Assembly: GCA_965368335.1 (NCBI GenBank) | Contig: CBDUMN010000005.1 | Coordinates: 105 to 64,104 of the forward strand | Direction: 5' to 3' | DNA from: an uncultured Rhodospirillales bacterium | Lineage (GTDB): Bacteria > Pseudomonadota > Alphaproteobacteria > Rhodospirillales > JAPHRK01 | Length of the DNA stretch: 64,000 nucleotides | Made by a program: the position numbers and the translations under genes | Shown here: positions 22,709 to 33,072 of the stretch, piece by piece | Position numbering within the stretch: the stretch's first letter is position 1 | How the letters are laid out: each line of letters starts with the position of its first letter | The notes under the pieces: generated by a model | What the model was told of the DNA's origin: nothing | Databases searched by the model: none | What the model saw: only the letters and a program-made list of their open reading frames with translations

Positions 22709-24810
22709 GAATTTTGCGGGTCGTTATAGAGAACCCAGGGGCGTTTGCCTCGGTAAGACCTGTCGCTCAGAACTCTGACTGTTGTTCCATCTTTATAAAG
22801 GGCGTGTGCGCCGTCTCGCCATAGGTCAAACCGGTCAATAACCACTTTCGGAGTTGGACATTTGCGCCTGATCGGCACGGCGCTGATGAGGATATCGACC
22901 CCATGGCATTCTTCGAGCAGGGCTGCTTCGTCAAACACGTAGGCAACGGTTATGCCTTCGGTCTGGGCAACACAGGCAACCCTGTCACAGCGAACCATGT
23001 TTTCTTCTTCTCCCGGTTTTTCCATAAGGCGATACCCTGCTCTTTTGAGCCAGGCCCTGCCTGAACGCGAAGAAAAGCTTTTCCCGGAAACAAGCTGTGG
23101 GTTTGCCTGATCGAGTAAAAAAGCGGTGTGTTTGCCGGTGTTTTCAATCAAAAGAAACGGTTGGGGGGCCAGATACGTTAACACTAGGGCGCAGGCGATT
23201 GTTCCCATTCCAGCTTTCCGGCCCAGAGTGTTGCCCAAGCAAATGAGTAGTCCTCCCAACACCAAAACCGCCAAAGCCGATGGCGGGAAAACCGAAAGAG
23301 TGACCATTGCGTTTGGTAAAGCGCCGACATAGGCGGCGATTATCTGCAATAACTCCAACCCTAGGCTCATCAGCGCGAGGACTGGTCCTTCCAGGCCAAT
23401 CGGCATGAGTAAAATAGAGATAACCGCCCAGGGCATGATCCAGAAGGCGGCAAGGGGCACGGCGAGTAAATTGGCCAAAATCCCAAAGGTTGCAACCTGA
23501 CCGAAGTGATAAAGCGCAAAAGGCGCCGTTGCGAAACTGGCGATCAGCGTTGTGGCGACGACACCTGAAAAATAGAAAGCGAGTTTAGCCAATATCCCCT
23601 TCTCTCCACCTTTTGGCCCGTATTGTATGCGTCGCTCACGCCAGAATTGATAAAATGTCACCAGCGCCGTGACCGCTGCAAACGACATCTGGAAGCTGGG
23701 ACCGAGGATGGATTCAGGGTGGATCGCCAAAATTGCTAAAGCAACCCAGGCCAAGGTGCGCAAGGAAATAGTTTCACGATCAATCAGCACCCCAAGCAGA
23801 GCGATACCCGTCATGAGAAATGCTCGCTGTGTTGGGATTGAGGCTCCTGCAAGCAAAGCGTATCCCAAAGCCCCCATGATTGCTCCGATGGCGGCCCATT
23901 TCTTGATGGGCCATCTCAAGGCAAGAGCGGGAATAAGCGAGGCCCCTCCCCGGATGGCGACGAAAAGCCCTCCCGCCACCAGGCCGATATGGAGGCCGGA
24001 AATCGCTAAAAGATGGGCCAGCCCGGCCTTTCTTATATTTTCTAATGTTTCCTCATTGAGGCCGGAGCGATCTCCCGTGATGAGGGCAACGGCAATGGCC
24101 CCGGTTTGATCAGGCTGTCGGAACATAATTTTTACCGCTACCGTAGCTCTTAACTGTTCCAGCCAAAGGGCCAATGAGAAGGCGTTGTTTTTGGCTGCTT
24201 TGATGGTTTTTGGCGCTCCCATGCCATAGCCGATGGCCCCGATGCCTTCGAAAAACAACTTTCTTTGAAAGTCGAAGCTGCCGGGGGCCGCCGGTGCGGG
24301 GGGCGGCATTAAAACGGCTTTGGTGCGTATCCAGGCCCCAACCTCAACGGAAACCTGCTTTCCTCGGATGCGTATTCTAATTTTATCTGGTGTCGCCGTG
24401 CCCTGGAGGCCCGAAATTCTCGGATGATCGAGGAGAAGACGGACGCCGTCTTCAAATCTTTCAAGCTTAATCACCCGTCCTTCAAGAGAAGTTGGGCCAA
24501 TCCGTTTTTCAAGGACCATGCCGATTGAAGAAACGGTTCTAAGCTGTGCCGATCCAAAACCAAGCGTTGCGACAAGCAGGATTCCGAACAAAAAAAACGG
24601 TAAATCCCACTTCTGCGCCATTGAAAATAACGCAAAAAGAGTAAGTGAAGACAGAAAAGCAATCCAGAGATGCGGTTCTGCCGGAAGGGCAAAATAGAGC
24701 GTTACACCCGCACCAAAAACAACGGGAAGCCAGGGGATCCAGCGGTCGGTGTCGGTCCGTAAATCTTCCGATAAATGGCGGAATTCCGCGATTTTGGTAT
24801 TACCTTTCAT
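22702..24810 (-). CDS. comEC: ComEC/Rec2-family DNA internalisation-related membrane protein
   Basis: 702 aa, polytopic. The conserved competence-domain block is [15 protein letters not shown]...RAFLM.... A DUF4131-like N-terminus is present. Confidence 0.85.
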   Translation of the reverse strand: MKGNTKIAEFRHLSEDLRTDTDRWIPWLPVVFGAGVTLYFALPAEPHLWIAFLSSLTLFALFSMAQKWDLPFFLFGILLVATLGFGSAQLRTVSSIGMVLEKRIGPTSLEGRVIKLERFEDGVRLLLDHPRISGLQGTATPDKIRIRIRGKQVSVEVGAWIRTKAVLMPPPAPAAPGSFDFQRKLFFEGIGAIGYGMGAPKTIKAAKNNAFSLALWLEQLRATVAVKIMFRQPDQTGAIAVALITGDRSGLNEETLENIRKAGLAHLLAISGLHIGLVAGGLFVAIRGGASLIPALALRWPIKKWAAIGAIMGALGYALLAGASIPTQRAFLMTGIALLGVLIDRETISLRTLAWVALAILAIHPESILGPSFQMSFAAVTALVTFYQFWRERRIQYGPKGGEKGILAKLAFYFSGVVATTLIASFATAPFALYHFGQVATFGILANLLAVPLAAFWIMPWAVISILLMPIGLEGPVLALMSLGLELLQIIAAYVGALPNAMVTLSVFPPSALAVLVLGGLLICLGNTLGRKAGMGTIACALVLTYLAPQPFLLIENTGKHTAFLLDQANPQLVSGKSFSSRSGRAWLKRAGYRLMEKPGEEENMVRCDRVACVAQTEGITVAYVFDEAALLEECHGVDILISAVPIRRKCPTPKVVIDRFDLWRDGAHALYKDGTTVRVLSDRSYRGKRPWVLYNDPQNSQ

Positions 24811-24915
24811 GTCATTTTTCCGAAAAATAGCCCTTCATGAAAGGTTTTACTGCACATGCTAAAACTATGTGCTAAACCACACCCGCCTGACCAATAAAAA
24901 GAGTATTACCGCCTA

Positions 24916-26319
24916 ATGACTGTTGTTACGCGCTTTGCCCCCTCTCCTACTGGCTTCCTGCATATTGGCGGGGCGCGCACGGCTCTTTTTAATTGGCTTT
25001 TCGCCAAACATCATGGCGGACAATTTCTTTTAAGAATTGAGGATACGGATCGAAAGCGCTCAAGCCAAGAGGCGGTCGATGCCATTTTTGAAGGGCTGAA
25101 ATGGCTGGGCCTCGAGTGGGATGGCGATGCGGTGTCCCAGTTCTCGCGCATTGAGCGACATACGGAAGTCGCCAACAAGCTATTGGCAGAAGGAAAAGCC
25201 TACCACTGCTACTGCTCGCCAGACGAACTTGCCGAGATGCGAGAGTTGGCCAAACAGGAAAAACGCCCCATTCGCTATGATGGCCGTTGGCGCGACCGTG
25301 ACCCTGCTGAAGCTCCTGAAGGAGTGGCTCCGGTCGTACGGCTTAAAGCGCCGCAGGAAGGCGAAACGGTGATAGACGATCTGGTTCAGGGGAAAGTCAC
25401 GGTTTCCAATCGGCAATTGGACGATATGATTCTGCTTCGCGCCGACGGAACGCCGACCTATATGCTTGCCGTTGTCGTCGATGATCACGATATGGGGGTC
25501 ACCCATGCAATTCGTGGCGACGATCACTTGAACAACGCCTTCCGCCAAAAGCAGATTTATCAAGCCATGGGCTGGGAAACTCCGGCTTTTGCGCATATTC
25601 CGCTTATTCACGGCTCTGATGGAGCGAAACTCTCCAAGCGCCACGGAGCGCTCGGGGTTGAGGCTTATCGCGATATGGGCTTCTTGCCTGAAGCGGTTTG
25701 CAATTATCTGCTGAAGCTGGGTTGGGGCCATGGCGATGATGAAATCATCTCTACCGAACAGGCCATTGAATGGTTCGACGTCGGCGGCATCGGCAAGGCC
25801 GCGGCGCGTTTCGATACAGATAAACTGACCGCTCTAAACGGTCACTATATCCGCACGGCCGACAATCAACGCCTCGCAGGACTGGTTATTCAGAACCTTA
25901 AAACTACTTTAGGCGATGCCTTTGATGAAAATGGCGAAGATCGCCTGGTTGCTGGTATGGAAGGCTTGAAAGAACGGGCTAAAACCATAAATGAACTGGC
26001 GGAAAGTGCGGAGTTTTATGTAAGGAAACTCCCCCTGCCAATGACTGAAAAAGCGGCAAAACTACTTGATGCAGAGGGACTTGACGTTTTGCAGCGTCTC
26101 GAACCGAAGCTTTCCGCAATCGCAGATTGGACCGAAGCGGAGATTGAGAGTACAATTCGGGCCTTTTCAGAAGAAGAAGATTTAAAGTTTGGCAAAGTTG
26201 CCCAACCTTTGCGGTCCGTTTTGACCGGAACGACGAAATCACCAGGTATTTTCGAGGTGCTTCTCGTATTGGGCAAGGAAGAGTCTCTCTTGAGACTCAA
26301 GGAGGCTCTGCCGAAATAG
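24916..26319 (+). CDS. gltX: Glutamate--tRNA ligase
   Basis: [21 protein letters not shown] (HIGH motif), KLSKRHG (KMSKS motif), and a typical anticodon-binding C-terminus. Confidence 0.95.
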   Translation: MTVVTRFAPSPTGFLHIGGARTALFNWLFAKHHGGQFLLRIEDTDRKRSSQEAVDAIFEGLKWLGLEWDGDAVSQFSRIERHTEVANKLLAEGKAYHCYCSPDELAEMRELAKQEKRPIRYDGRWRDRDPAEAPEGVAPVVRLKAPQEGETVIDDLVQGKVTVSNRQLDDMILLRADGTPTYMLAVVVDDHDMGVTHAIRGDDHLNNAFRQKQIYQAMGWETPAFAHIPLIHGSDGAKLSKRHGALGVEAYRDMGFLPEAVCNYLLKLGWGHGDDEIISTEQAIEWFDVGGIGKAAARFDTDKLTALNGHYIRTADNQRLAGLVIQNLKTTLGDAFDENGEDRLVAGMEGLKERAKTINELAESAEFYVRKLPLPMTEKAAKLLDAEGLDVLQRLEPKLSAIADWTEAEIESTIRAFSEEEDLKFGKVAQPLRSVLTGTTKSPGIFEVLLVLGKEESLLRLKEALPK

Positions 26320-26431
26320 CAAAGAACTTAAATTCAATTTTTAAACGCATAAATTTCCGCGTTTAATTTTTCTCGATCAACCAGGATTCGCCGAACCGCG
26401 GCGCATCCACATCGACGGGGGATATACTGGC

Positions 26432-27727
26432 ATGTCGAATAAAACCTTTACGTTGACGGATAACGCTACGGGAAAATCTTACGAACTTCCCGTGATGTCC
26501 GGCTCCACCGGACCCAATGTTATCGACGTCCGTAAGCTGTACGCCGAAACCGACCACTTTACCTACGACCCTGGTTTTACTTCCACGGGTTCGTGCGAGT
26601 CGAAAATCACCTTCATTGACGGCGATAAAGGCATCCTGATGCACCGCGGCTATTCCATCGAGGAACTGGCCGTTCACTCGGATTTTATGGAAGTTTGCTA
26701 CCTGCTGCTTTACGGGGAGCTTCCGACGGCTGAACAAAAGGAAAACTTCGAGTTCAAAATCACGCATCACACCATGTTGCATGAGCAGTTGAACCATTTC
26801 TACCAGGGCTTCCGCCGCGATTCCCACCCCATGGCCATTATGTGTGGCGTTGTTGGCGCTCTGTCGGCCTTCTATCACGACAGCCTTGATATCAGCGATC
26901 CCTGGCACCGTATGGTTGCTTCCTATCGTTTGATCGCCAAGATGCCGACGATTGCCGCCAACGCCTTCAAATATTCGCAAGGTCAGCCGTTTATCTATCC
27001 GCGCAACGACCTGGGCTATTCCGAGAACTTCCTCCATATGATGTTCGCTACGCCCTGCGATGAATACAAGGTAAACCCCGTTCTCGCCCGCGCTATGGAT
27101 CGCATCTTGATCCTCCATGCCGATCATGAGCAAAATGCATCGACCTCGACGGTCCGCCTTTCCGGTTCTTCCGGGGCCAACCCGTTTGCTTGTATCGCCG
27201 CTGGTATCGCTTGCCTCTGGGGCCCTGCTCACGGCGGCGCCAACGAAGCTGTTTTGAATATGCTGGAAGAAATCGGCAGCAAAGATCGTATCCCCGAGTT
27301 CATTAAGCGGGCGAAGGACAAAGACGATCCCTTCCGCCTTATGGGCTTTGGGCACCGGGTTTACAAAAACTACGATCCACGCGCTAAGGTCATGCAGCAG
27401 ACTTGCCACGAAGTTCTCGATGAACTGGGCGTTAAGGATGAGCCGCTTCTCGAGTTGGCGATGGAACTGGAGCGCATCGCGCTTGAAGACGATTACTTCG
27501 TCAAGAAGAAGCTGTTCCCGAATGTCGATTTCTACTCGGGCATTATCTTCCGCGCCATGGGCATTCCGGTTTCCATGTTTACCGTGCTCTTCGCCATGGC
27601 CCGTACGGTTGGCTGGGTTGCTCAGTGGAACGAGATGATTGAAGATCCCTCGCAGAAAATCGGTCGTCCGCGTCAGCTCTACACCGGCGAAACGGTGCGT
27701 CAGTATGTTCCGCTGCACCAGCGTTAA
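26432..27727 (+). CDS. gltA: Citrate synthase (type II)
   Basis: 431 aa with [28 protein letters not shown] and [14 protein letters not shown] catalytic motifs. Confidence 0.95.
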   Translation: MSNKTFTLTDNATGKSYELPVMSGSTGPNVIDVRKLYAETDHFTYDPGFTSTGSCESKITFIDGDKGILMHRGYSIEELAVHSDFMEVCYLLLYGELPTAEQKENFEFKITHHTMLHEQLNHFYQGFRRDSHPMAIMCGVVGALSAFYHDSLDISDPWHRMVASYRLIAKMPTIAANAFKYSQGQPFIYPRNDLGYSENFLHMMFATPCDEYKVNPVLARAMDRILILHADHEQNASTSTVRLSGSSGANPFACIAAGIACLWGPAHGGANEAVLNMLEEIGSKDRIPEFIKRAKDKDDPFRLMGFGHRVYKNYDPRAKVMQQTCHEVLDELGVKDEPLLELAMELERIALEDDYFVKKKLFPNVDFYSGIIFRAMGIPVSMFTVLFAMARTVGWVAQWNEMIEDPSQKIGRPRQLYTGETVRQYVPLHQR

Positions 27728-27746
27728 GTGACGTTCAAGCAATAAG

Positions 27747-27783
27747 AAAGGCGCGGCTTCCAATGGGCCGCGCCTTTTTTCTT
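27747..27783. terminator. Bidirectional rho-independent terminator shared by gltA (+) and gloA (-)
   Basis: Perfect 11-bp stem aaaggcgcggc / gccgcgccttt with a 9-nt loop, flanked by an A-run on one side and a T-run (tttttt) on the other. Confidence 0.8.
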
Positions 27784-27798
27784 TTTGGGCCGTTAGCC

Positions 27799-28194
27799 CT
27801 ATTTTCGTTCAATTAGTTCGATTTTGTAGCCGTCCGGATCTTCGATAAAGGCGATGACGGTTGAGCCGTGTTTCATTGGTCCTGGCGGCCGTGGAATATT
27901 GACGCCTTCTTTCTCCAGGGCTTCACATGTTCCGTAGATATCGCTGACACCGAGCGCTAAGTGACCAAATCCATTACCCAGTTCATAGGGCTCCTCCTGG
28001 TCCCAGTTGTGTGTCAACTCGACAACCGTCTGCTCGCTCTCTTCGCCGTATCCAACGAACGCCAGCGTAAACTTTCCTTCGGGATAATCGCTTTTGCGCA
28101 AAACCTTCATGCCGAGGTGTCGGGTGTAGAAATCCAAGGATTTATCGAGGTCTTTCACGCGGATCATCGTATGGAGAAAACGGAACTGAGACAT
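27799..28194 (-). CDS. gloA: Lactoylglutathione lyase (glyoxalase I)
   Basis: 131 aa VOC-fold protein: FLHTMIRVKDLDKSLDFYT..., ELTHNW..., GFGHLALGV..., IAFIEDPDGYKIELIE. Confidence 0.9.
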   Translation of the reverse strand: MSQFRFLHTMIRVKDLDKSLDFYTRHLGMKVLRKSDYPEGKFTLAFVGYGEESEQTVVELTHNWDQEEPYELGNGFGHLALGVSDIYGTCEALEKEGVNIPRPPGPMKHGSTVIAFIEDPDGYKIELIERK

Positions 28195-29372
28195 CAGGTT
28201 TCCCTTTCAATTACTTTCAATAAGGCGTTGGCGGCGGCTTCGCTGGGCAAAACGCCGTTCTGAGGTTGGAGTTTCTCAAGCGCCTCTTTATAGCCAAATA
28301 ACTGGTCGGTTCTTTCGGTTTCATCGGTAAGAAGACCAAGCAGTTTTGGAGCAATGAGGTGGGTTCGGCAATTCTCTAGTAAAAACTCCGGAACGACTTC
28401 CCGGTCCGTCAGAATATTAACAAGGCTGACATATTTTAGACGGACAAGTTTTTTTGCAATCCAAGCGCTTATCGGACTTACTTTATAGGCGATCACAGCA
28501 GGTGTTTTCGCCATAGCGAGTTCCAATGAGACCGTTCCAGATGCGGCAAGAGCTGCGTCAGCAGCGGCGAAAGAATCAAATTTCTCATCACTATCGGTTA
28601 GGATGATAGCCCTGAATGTTGAGTTCGCCATTTCCTTATCTATCTGCCGTGAAAGACTTTGAACTGCCGGAATGACAACTACAAGATCATTAATTTTCTG
28701 GGATAGGTGTTGGCAGGTCTCTTTAAAAATTGGCAGTAAACGATCCGTCTCGCTTTTTCGACTCCCGGGCAACATGCACAAAACTTTTTGATCAGTAGAG
28801 ATTCCGTATTTATCCCTGAATGGCCCTCCCTTTCCTTTGTTTGCTCCGGACTCGAGGACAGGGTGCCCCACGAAGCTTGCCGAAAGACCTTCTTTTTCAA
28901 AATAAGGGGGTTCGAACGGTAGGAGGGTTAGCAAGTGATCGAGAAAACCAGCGACCTTCTTTGCGCGCCATGGCTTCCAGGCCCAAACGGACGGAGCGAC
29001 AAAGTGAACGAGCGGAATGCCCTTTCCTTTCAATCGTTTGGCAACCCTGAAAGAAAAGGCTGGGGTGTCGATTGTCAGGACGGCGGCTGGACGCTCGGCA
29101 AGAATATGCTCGACGGTTTTTGAGATCCGGCCTAGCAGTTTGGGGATATGGGGAAGAATTTCAGAAAAACCCATAATGGAAAGCTCTTCCATGGGAAAAA
29201 GGCTTTCAAGCCCCTGCTCTTTCATCCTTGGTCCGCCAATTCCGATAAAGTCGACGTTTCCTGCTGTTTGCTTTTTTATAGCCGCCATAAGGCGGGCACC
29301 TAGATTATCGCCGGATGGTTCACCGGCGATTAGGTAGATCAACGGCTTGGCGTCACCTTTTAAGTTGCTCAC
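28194..29372 (-). CDS. lpxB: Lipid-A-disaccharide synthase
   Basis: IYLIAGEPSGDNLGARLM N-terminus, GT19 family pattern, and position in the lpx cluster. Confidence 0.9.
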   Translation of the reverse strand: MSNLKGDAKPLIYLIAGEPSGDNLGARLMAAIKKQTAGNVDFIGIGGPRMKEQGLESLFPMEELSIMGFSEILPHIPKLLGRISKTVEHILAERPAAVLTIDTPAFSFRVAKRLKGKGIPLVHFVAPSVWAWKPWRAKKVAGFLDHLLTLLPFEPPYFEKEGLSASFVGHPVLESGANKGKGGPFRDKYGISTDQKVLCMLPGSRKSETDRLLPIFKETCQHLSQKINDLVVVIPAVQSLSRQIDKEMANSTFRAIILTDSDEKFDSFAAADAALAASGTVSLELAMAKTPAVIAYKVSPISAWIAKKLVRLKYVSLVNILTDREVVPEFLLENCRTHLIAPKLLGLLTDETERTDQLFGYKEALEKLQPQNGVLPSEAAANALLKVIERET

Positions 29373-30202
29373 TTGGCAGGAATGCTCCCTTTGGCGTATC
29401 CGATCAGGAAAATGCCTAAACGATCAGCGAGTGCGGCAGTTTGATCGGGGTCGACAATGAGGGCGCCGCCTGCTTCGACGGCGATGCCCCGAAGTCCGGC
29501 TTCGGCAGCTTGCTTAACGGTTTCCGAACCAACGGTTGGAAGGTCGGCGCGTTTTTCTTGGTTAGGCTTTTTTGCTTTGACCAGCACACCGCCAGGCCCC
29601 TCTCTGGCGACATCCGGGATACGCGCCACCATCTTTTCCGTCCCTTCAATCGCCTCAACGGCGAGGACGAGCCCTTGTTGCACAACCGCGGCCTGTCCAA
29701 CATCGGCCTGCCCCAATATCCAGGCGACATCAAATCCCTTTTCGATATCCTCAAGGGCCGCTTTATCCGGTTCAATCTTGCCGTAAATTTTTGCTTCAGC
29801 AAGAAAATCGCGCAGGATGTCATCTACGCCAATAACTCGCAGTCCCTCATTCTCAAGCTCATTGACGATCGCCGAAAGAAGACCGTTATCACCCAATGAA
29901 CCAGCTCCGGCTTTCGCCAGGAGTTTCAGGGCCCAAGAGTCGGGGCGCATTGCAGCAAGGGAGGGCCTCTTAATCGGCCCAGCCATAACGATTTCTTCTA
30001 CGTCATTTTTTTTGAGAAGCTCTAAGGCTTTTCCGGCAGCCCCCAACCGCACCCATTCATGAGGAGCATCTGTGATGGCCTGAGGTTCGGTTTGTCCTTT
30101 AAAGGCGACGACAAAGCAATCCCTACCCTGCGCACGACAGGTCTCGATAAGGCGCGCGGGAAGAACTCCGCCACCGGCTAGGATGCCAAGCTTAGGAGGC
30201 AT
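29369..30202 (-). CDS. lpxI: UDP-2,3-diacylglucosamine pyrophosphatase LpxI (DUF1009)
   Basis: KLGILAGGGVLPARL N-terminus, ...DVGQAAVVQQGLVLAVEAIEGTEKM.... It sits between lpxA and lpxB, as in alphaproteobacteria that lack lpxH. Confidence 0.85.
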   Translation of the reverse strand: MPPKLGILAGGGVLPARLIETCRAQGRDCFVVAFKGQTEPQAITDAPHEWVRLGAAGKALELLKKNDVEEIVMAGPIKRPSLAAMRPDSWALKLLAKAGAGSLGDNGLLSAIVNELENEGLRVIGVDDILRDFLAEAKIYGKIEPDKAALEDIEKGFDVAWILGQADVGQAAVVQQGLVLAVEAIEGTEKMVARIPDVAREGPGGVLVKAKKPNQEKRADLPTVGSETVKQAAEAGLRGIAVEAGGALIVDPDQTAALADRLGIFLIGYAKGSIPAK

Positions 30203-30992
30203 CTCCGGCCTTAGGCTGGCAAATGCCGCGTGAAGAATCGGCTTTGATAAAGCTGAGAATGTCCATGACGGGCTCGTTTTCGTGCATCATCTCCTCAACA
30301 TCAGCAACCCGCTCACTCATCGTTCCCTCTTGAGCAAAAAGGAGACGGTAGGCATTGCGGAGGGCATGTATGGTTTCCCGGTCGAAGCCACGGCGCTTAA
30401 GCCCAATAAGGTTAAGCCCGTTCAGCATGGCGCGGTTTCCATAAACCGACCCATACGGAATAACGTCATTTTCAACCCCAGACATCCCGCCAATCATTGC
30501 ATGTTTACCAATTCTGACGAATTGATGGACCGCAGAAAGACCGCCTAGAATGGCCCATTCGTCGACTTCTACATGACCGGCCAGGGTTGCGTTATTGACA
30601 AGGATGACATTGTTGGCGATTTGGCAATCGTGGCCGACATGCGCACCGACCATCAACAGACAATTGTTTCCAACCCGCGTTATCATTCCGCCGCCTTCGG
30701 TCCCGGGATTTAGGGTAACGTGCTCACGAATAACGGTGTTTTCTCCGATGGATAATTCCGACGGTTCTCCACCATATTTAAGATCTTGAGGCTGATGACC
30801 GACAGAGGCGAAAGGATAAACAGTTGTTTCCTTGCCAATTTTTGTCCGCCCTTCCACAACGACATGAGAAATGAGTTTCACCCCATCTTCCACCGCCACA
30901 TCAGGGCCGACGACACAATAGGGCCCGATAGATGCCGTTTCGGCAATTTCCGCTTTCGGGTCGATGATCGCCGTGGGGTGAATATCAGTCAT
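30192..30992 (-). CDS. lpxA: Acyl-ACP--UDP-N-acetylglucosamine O-acyltransferase
   Basis: IHPTAIIDPKAEI..., left-handed beta-helix hexapeptides, and the GGLSAVHQFVRIG.. / LNLIGLKRRGF motifs. Confidence 0.95.
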   Translation of the reverse strand: MTDIHPTAIIDPKAEIAETASIGPYCVVGPDVAVEDGVKLISHVVVEGRTKIGKETTVYPFASVGHQPQDLKYGGEPSELSIGENTVIREHVTLNPGTEGGGMITRVGNNCLLMVGAHVGHDCQIANNVILVNNATLAGHVEVDEWAILGGLSAVHQFVRIGKHAMIGGMSGVENDVIPYGSVYGNRAMLNGLNLIGLKRRGFDRETIHALRNAYRLLFAQEGTMSERVADVEEMMHENEPVMDILSFIKADSSRGICQPKAGDAS

Positions 30993-31441
30993 TAGGCATC
31001 CCTTATCATCGCGGTAAATGTCGCTTCGGCGGCAACGGCGCCGTCAACTTTTGCTTGACCTTCGAACTTCCAAACGGCGCCCCGGTTCTGCTTTTTAGTG
31101 ACGTGCAGCTCGAGGCGGTCACCGGGGACCACGGGCTTTCTAAACTTGGCGTTTTCGACCGCCATGAAATAAACCAGCTTGCCTTCGACGTCTTCACCCA
31201 TGGCGTCGACAACAACAATCGCCGCCGTTTGGGCCATTGCCTCAATGATGAGAACGCCGGGCATGACGGGATGGCCGGGAAAATGGCCGGGAAAATGCGG
31301 CTCGTTAACCGTTACATTCTTTATACCGACAGCGCTTTCCGATGCGACCACCCTTTCAACCCGATCAATCAGCAAAAAGGGATAGCGGTGCGGGATCATT
31401 TCCATAATACGGCTGATATCGTAGGTTTTTTCTTCTGACAT
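30992..31441 (-). CDS. fabZ: 3-hydroxyacyl-ACP dehydratase
   Basis: [13 protein letters not shown]..., [19 protein letters not shown]. Confidence 0.95.
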   Translation of the reverse strand: MSEEKTYDISRIMEMIPHRYPFLLIDRVERVVASESAVGIKNVTVNEPHFPGHFPGHPVMPGVLIIEAMAQTAAIVVVDAMGEDVEGKLVYFMAVENAKFRKPVVPGDRLELHVTKKQNRGAVWKFEGQAKVDGAVAAEATFTAMIRDA

Positions 31442-31464
31442 TCTCTGAAATCCTAAGCTTTACG

Positions 31465-32490
31465 TTACTTGGACTGTCCTTTTTTGAGCATTCTGGACAA
31501 AAGTGCTGTCTGCTTAGCCCAATCCTTAATGGGAATAGCGGGAAAGCCTCCCATGGTCGAGCCTGCATCAATATTTTTCGTTACGCCTGAGCGAGCGGCA
31601 AGCGTTACCCCCGCTCCAATTTTTAAATGGCCCGCCACACCGACCTGACCGGCCAGCACGGAAAAATCGCCGATTTCGGTGCTTCCGGATATGCCGACTT
31701 GACTGACAAGAACGCAACACCGGCCAATCTTAACGTTGTGGCCAATCTGAACCAAATTATCGATTTTTGTGCCTGCTCCAATGACGGTATCGGGACCAGC
31801 GCCACGATCAATGGTCGTGTTTGCGCCGATATCCACATCGTCTTCAATGATAACGCGGCCCAGTTGAGGAACACGTTCATGCCCCTGAGGCCCCATAGCA
31901 AATCCAAATCCATCTTGCCCGATAGAAGCTCCACTGTGGATTGTTGCTCGGTCCCCGACAATGCTGTTTAAGATCGTTACGTTTCCAGCGATATAGCAGT
32001 CTGCCCCGATCTGAACGCCAGGACCGAGAATGGTATTAGGTCCTATCCAGCTTCCCTCGCCAACCTCAGCTCGAGCGTCAATGAACGCGCCAGCTTCTAA
32101 ACGACAGGTTTTGGCGATCCGTGCCGTTTTATGAATAGTCGCCCTCTCGGATATTTCAGGAGACGGTCTTGGACGTGGATGGAAAACCTGCGCGATCTTT
32201 GCGTAAGACCGGTAAGGATCTTTGGAAATAAGAAGCGCAAGCCCATCGGGAGCGTCTGCAACGACCTCAGGACTTACGACACAAGCGCCGGCCTTGGTTT
32301 TTAAGAAGTCTTTCAGATATTTTTTATTGTCGAGAAAACTGATGTGTTCGGGGCAAGCCACATTTAAAGGTGCAACATCCTGCAGCATTAAGTCTTGTTG
32401 GGCGTTATGATGAAATTCGGCCCCTGAAACATCGGCAAGGTATTGGAGGGTAAACGGGCCTTCCGCCGGGAAAAAACGCGGATCCGCCAT
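31465..32490 (-). CDS. lpxD: UDP-3-O-acylglucosamine N-acyltransferase
   Basis: 341 aa. N-terminal uridine-binding domain followed by hexapeptide repeats (IGANTTIDRGA..DTVIGAGTKIDNLVQIGHNV). Confidence 0.95.
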   Translation of the reverse strand: MADPRFFPAEGPFTLQYLADVSGAEFHHNAQQDLMLQDVAPLNVACPEHISFLDNKKYLKDFLKTKAGACVVSPEVVADAPDGLALLISKDPYRSYAKIAQVFHPRPRPSPEISERATIHKTARIAKTCRLEAGAFIDARAEVGEGSWIGPNTILGPGVQIGADCYIAGNVTILNSIVGDRATIHSGASIGQDGFGFAMGPQGHERVPQLGRVIIEDDVDIGANTTIDRGAGPDTVIGAGTKIDNLVQIGHNVKIGRCCVLVSQVGISGSTEIGDFSVLAGQVGVAGHLKIGAGVTLAARSGVTKNIDAGSTMGGFPAIPIKDWAKQTALLSRMLKKGQSK

Positions 32491-32493
32491 TGT

Positions 32494-33072
32494 CTATTTC
32501 TTGGCCCCTTCCTTCGTAAAGACTTTTACGCTGGGCAAGAGTTTATCCAACTCGGTGACGACGAAGTCTGTAATAACGAGACGTTTATCGGAAAAAACCG
32601 TCTGCTCTTTTCTCAGCAGCAAGGTAATGCCATGTTCTTTCACAAGTTTGGTAATGACCGTTTTTAAGGCGTCTCCAACCTTTTCCATGGCCTCGGCGCG
32701 AGCTCGGTCCAAGGTAAGCTTGCGTTCCTGCATTTTGCGCTGAGCAGCAACGAATCGCTCTTCGAATTTACGTCGTTCTTCTTTAAAGGCTTCTGGCGAC
32801 ATGATTGTCCGCTGACGGGCCAGTTCCTGATTGCCTTCGCGAAGCTCTTTCTCTTCTTTCTGAATTTCAGCCTGAAAAACTTTACGCTTCTCGTTGATTT
32901 GGGCGTGGATTGATTGGGGAGCCTTAGCTGTCGCCATGATCTGATTCATATCGACAACCGCAACACGGAATGCTGCCGGGTCATTTTTTTCCTGCGCAAA
33001 GCTAGGTCCGGAAAAAACCGTAAATACGAGTGCTAAGACAAAAACGCTTGAAACTAGAGACTTAAAAGACAT
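32494..33072 (-). CDS. skp: OmpH/Skp-family periplasmic chaperone
   Basis: Signal peptide, Lys/Glu/Gln-rich coiled region, and position between bamA and lpxD. Confidence 0.85.
   Translation of the reverse strand: MSFKSLVSSVFVLALVFTVFSGPSFAQEKNDPAAFRVAVVDMNQIMATAKAPQSIHAQINEKRKVFQAEIQKEEKELREGNQELARQRTIMSPEAFKEERRKFEERFVAAQRKMQERKLTLDRARAEAMEKVGDALKTVITKLVKEHGITLLLRKEQTVFSDKRLVITDFVVTELDKLLPSVKVFTKEGAKK

Noticed and set aside
26363-27763. 466-aa ORF on the minus strand, longer than the gene it overlaps
   Set aside because: It is exactly antisense to an unmistakable citrate synthase gene (gltA, 26432-27727). Its translation has no recognisable motifs and is an artefact of codon bias.
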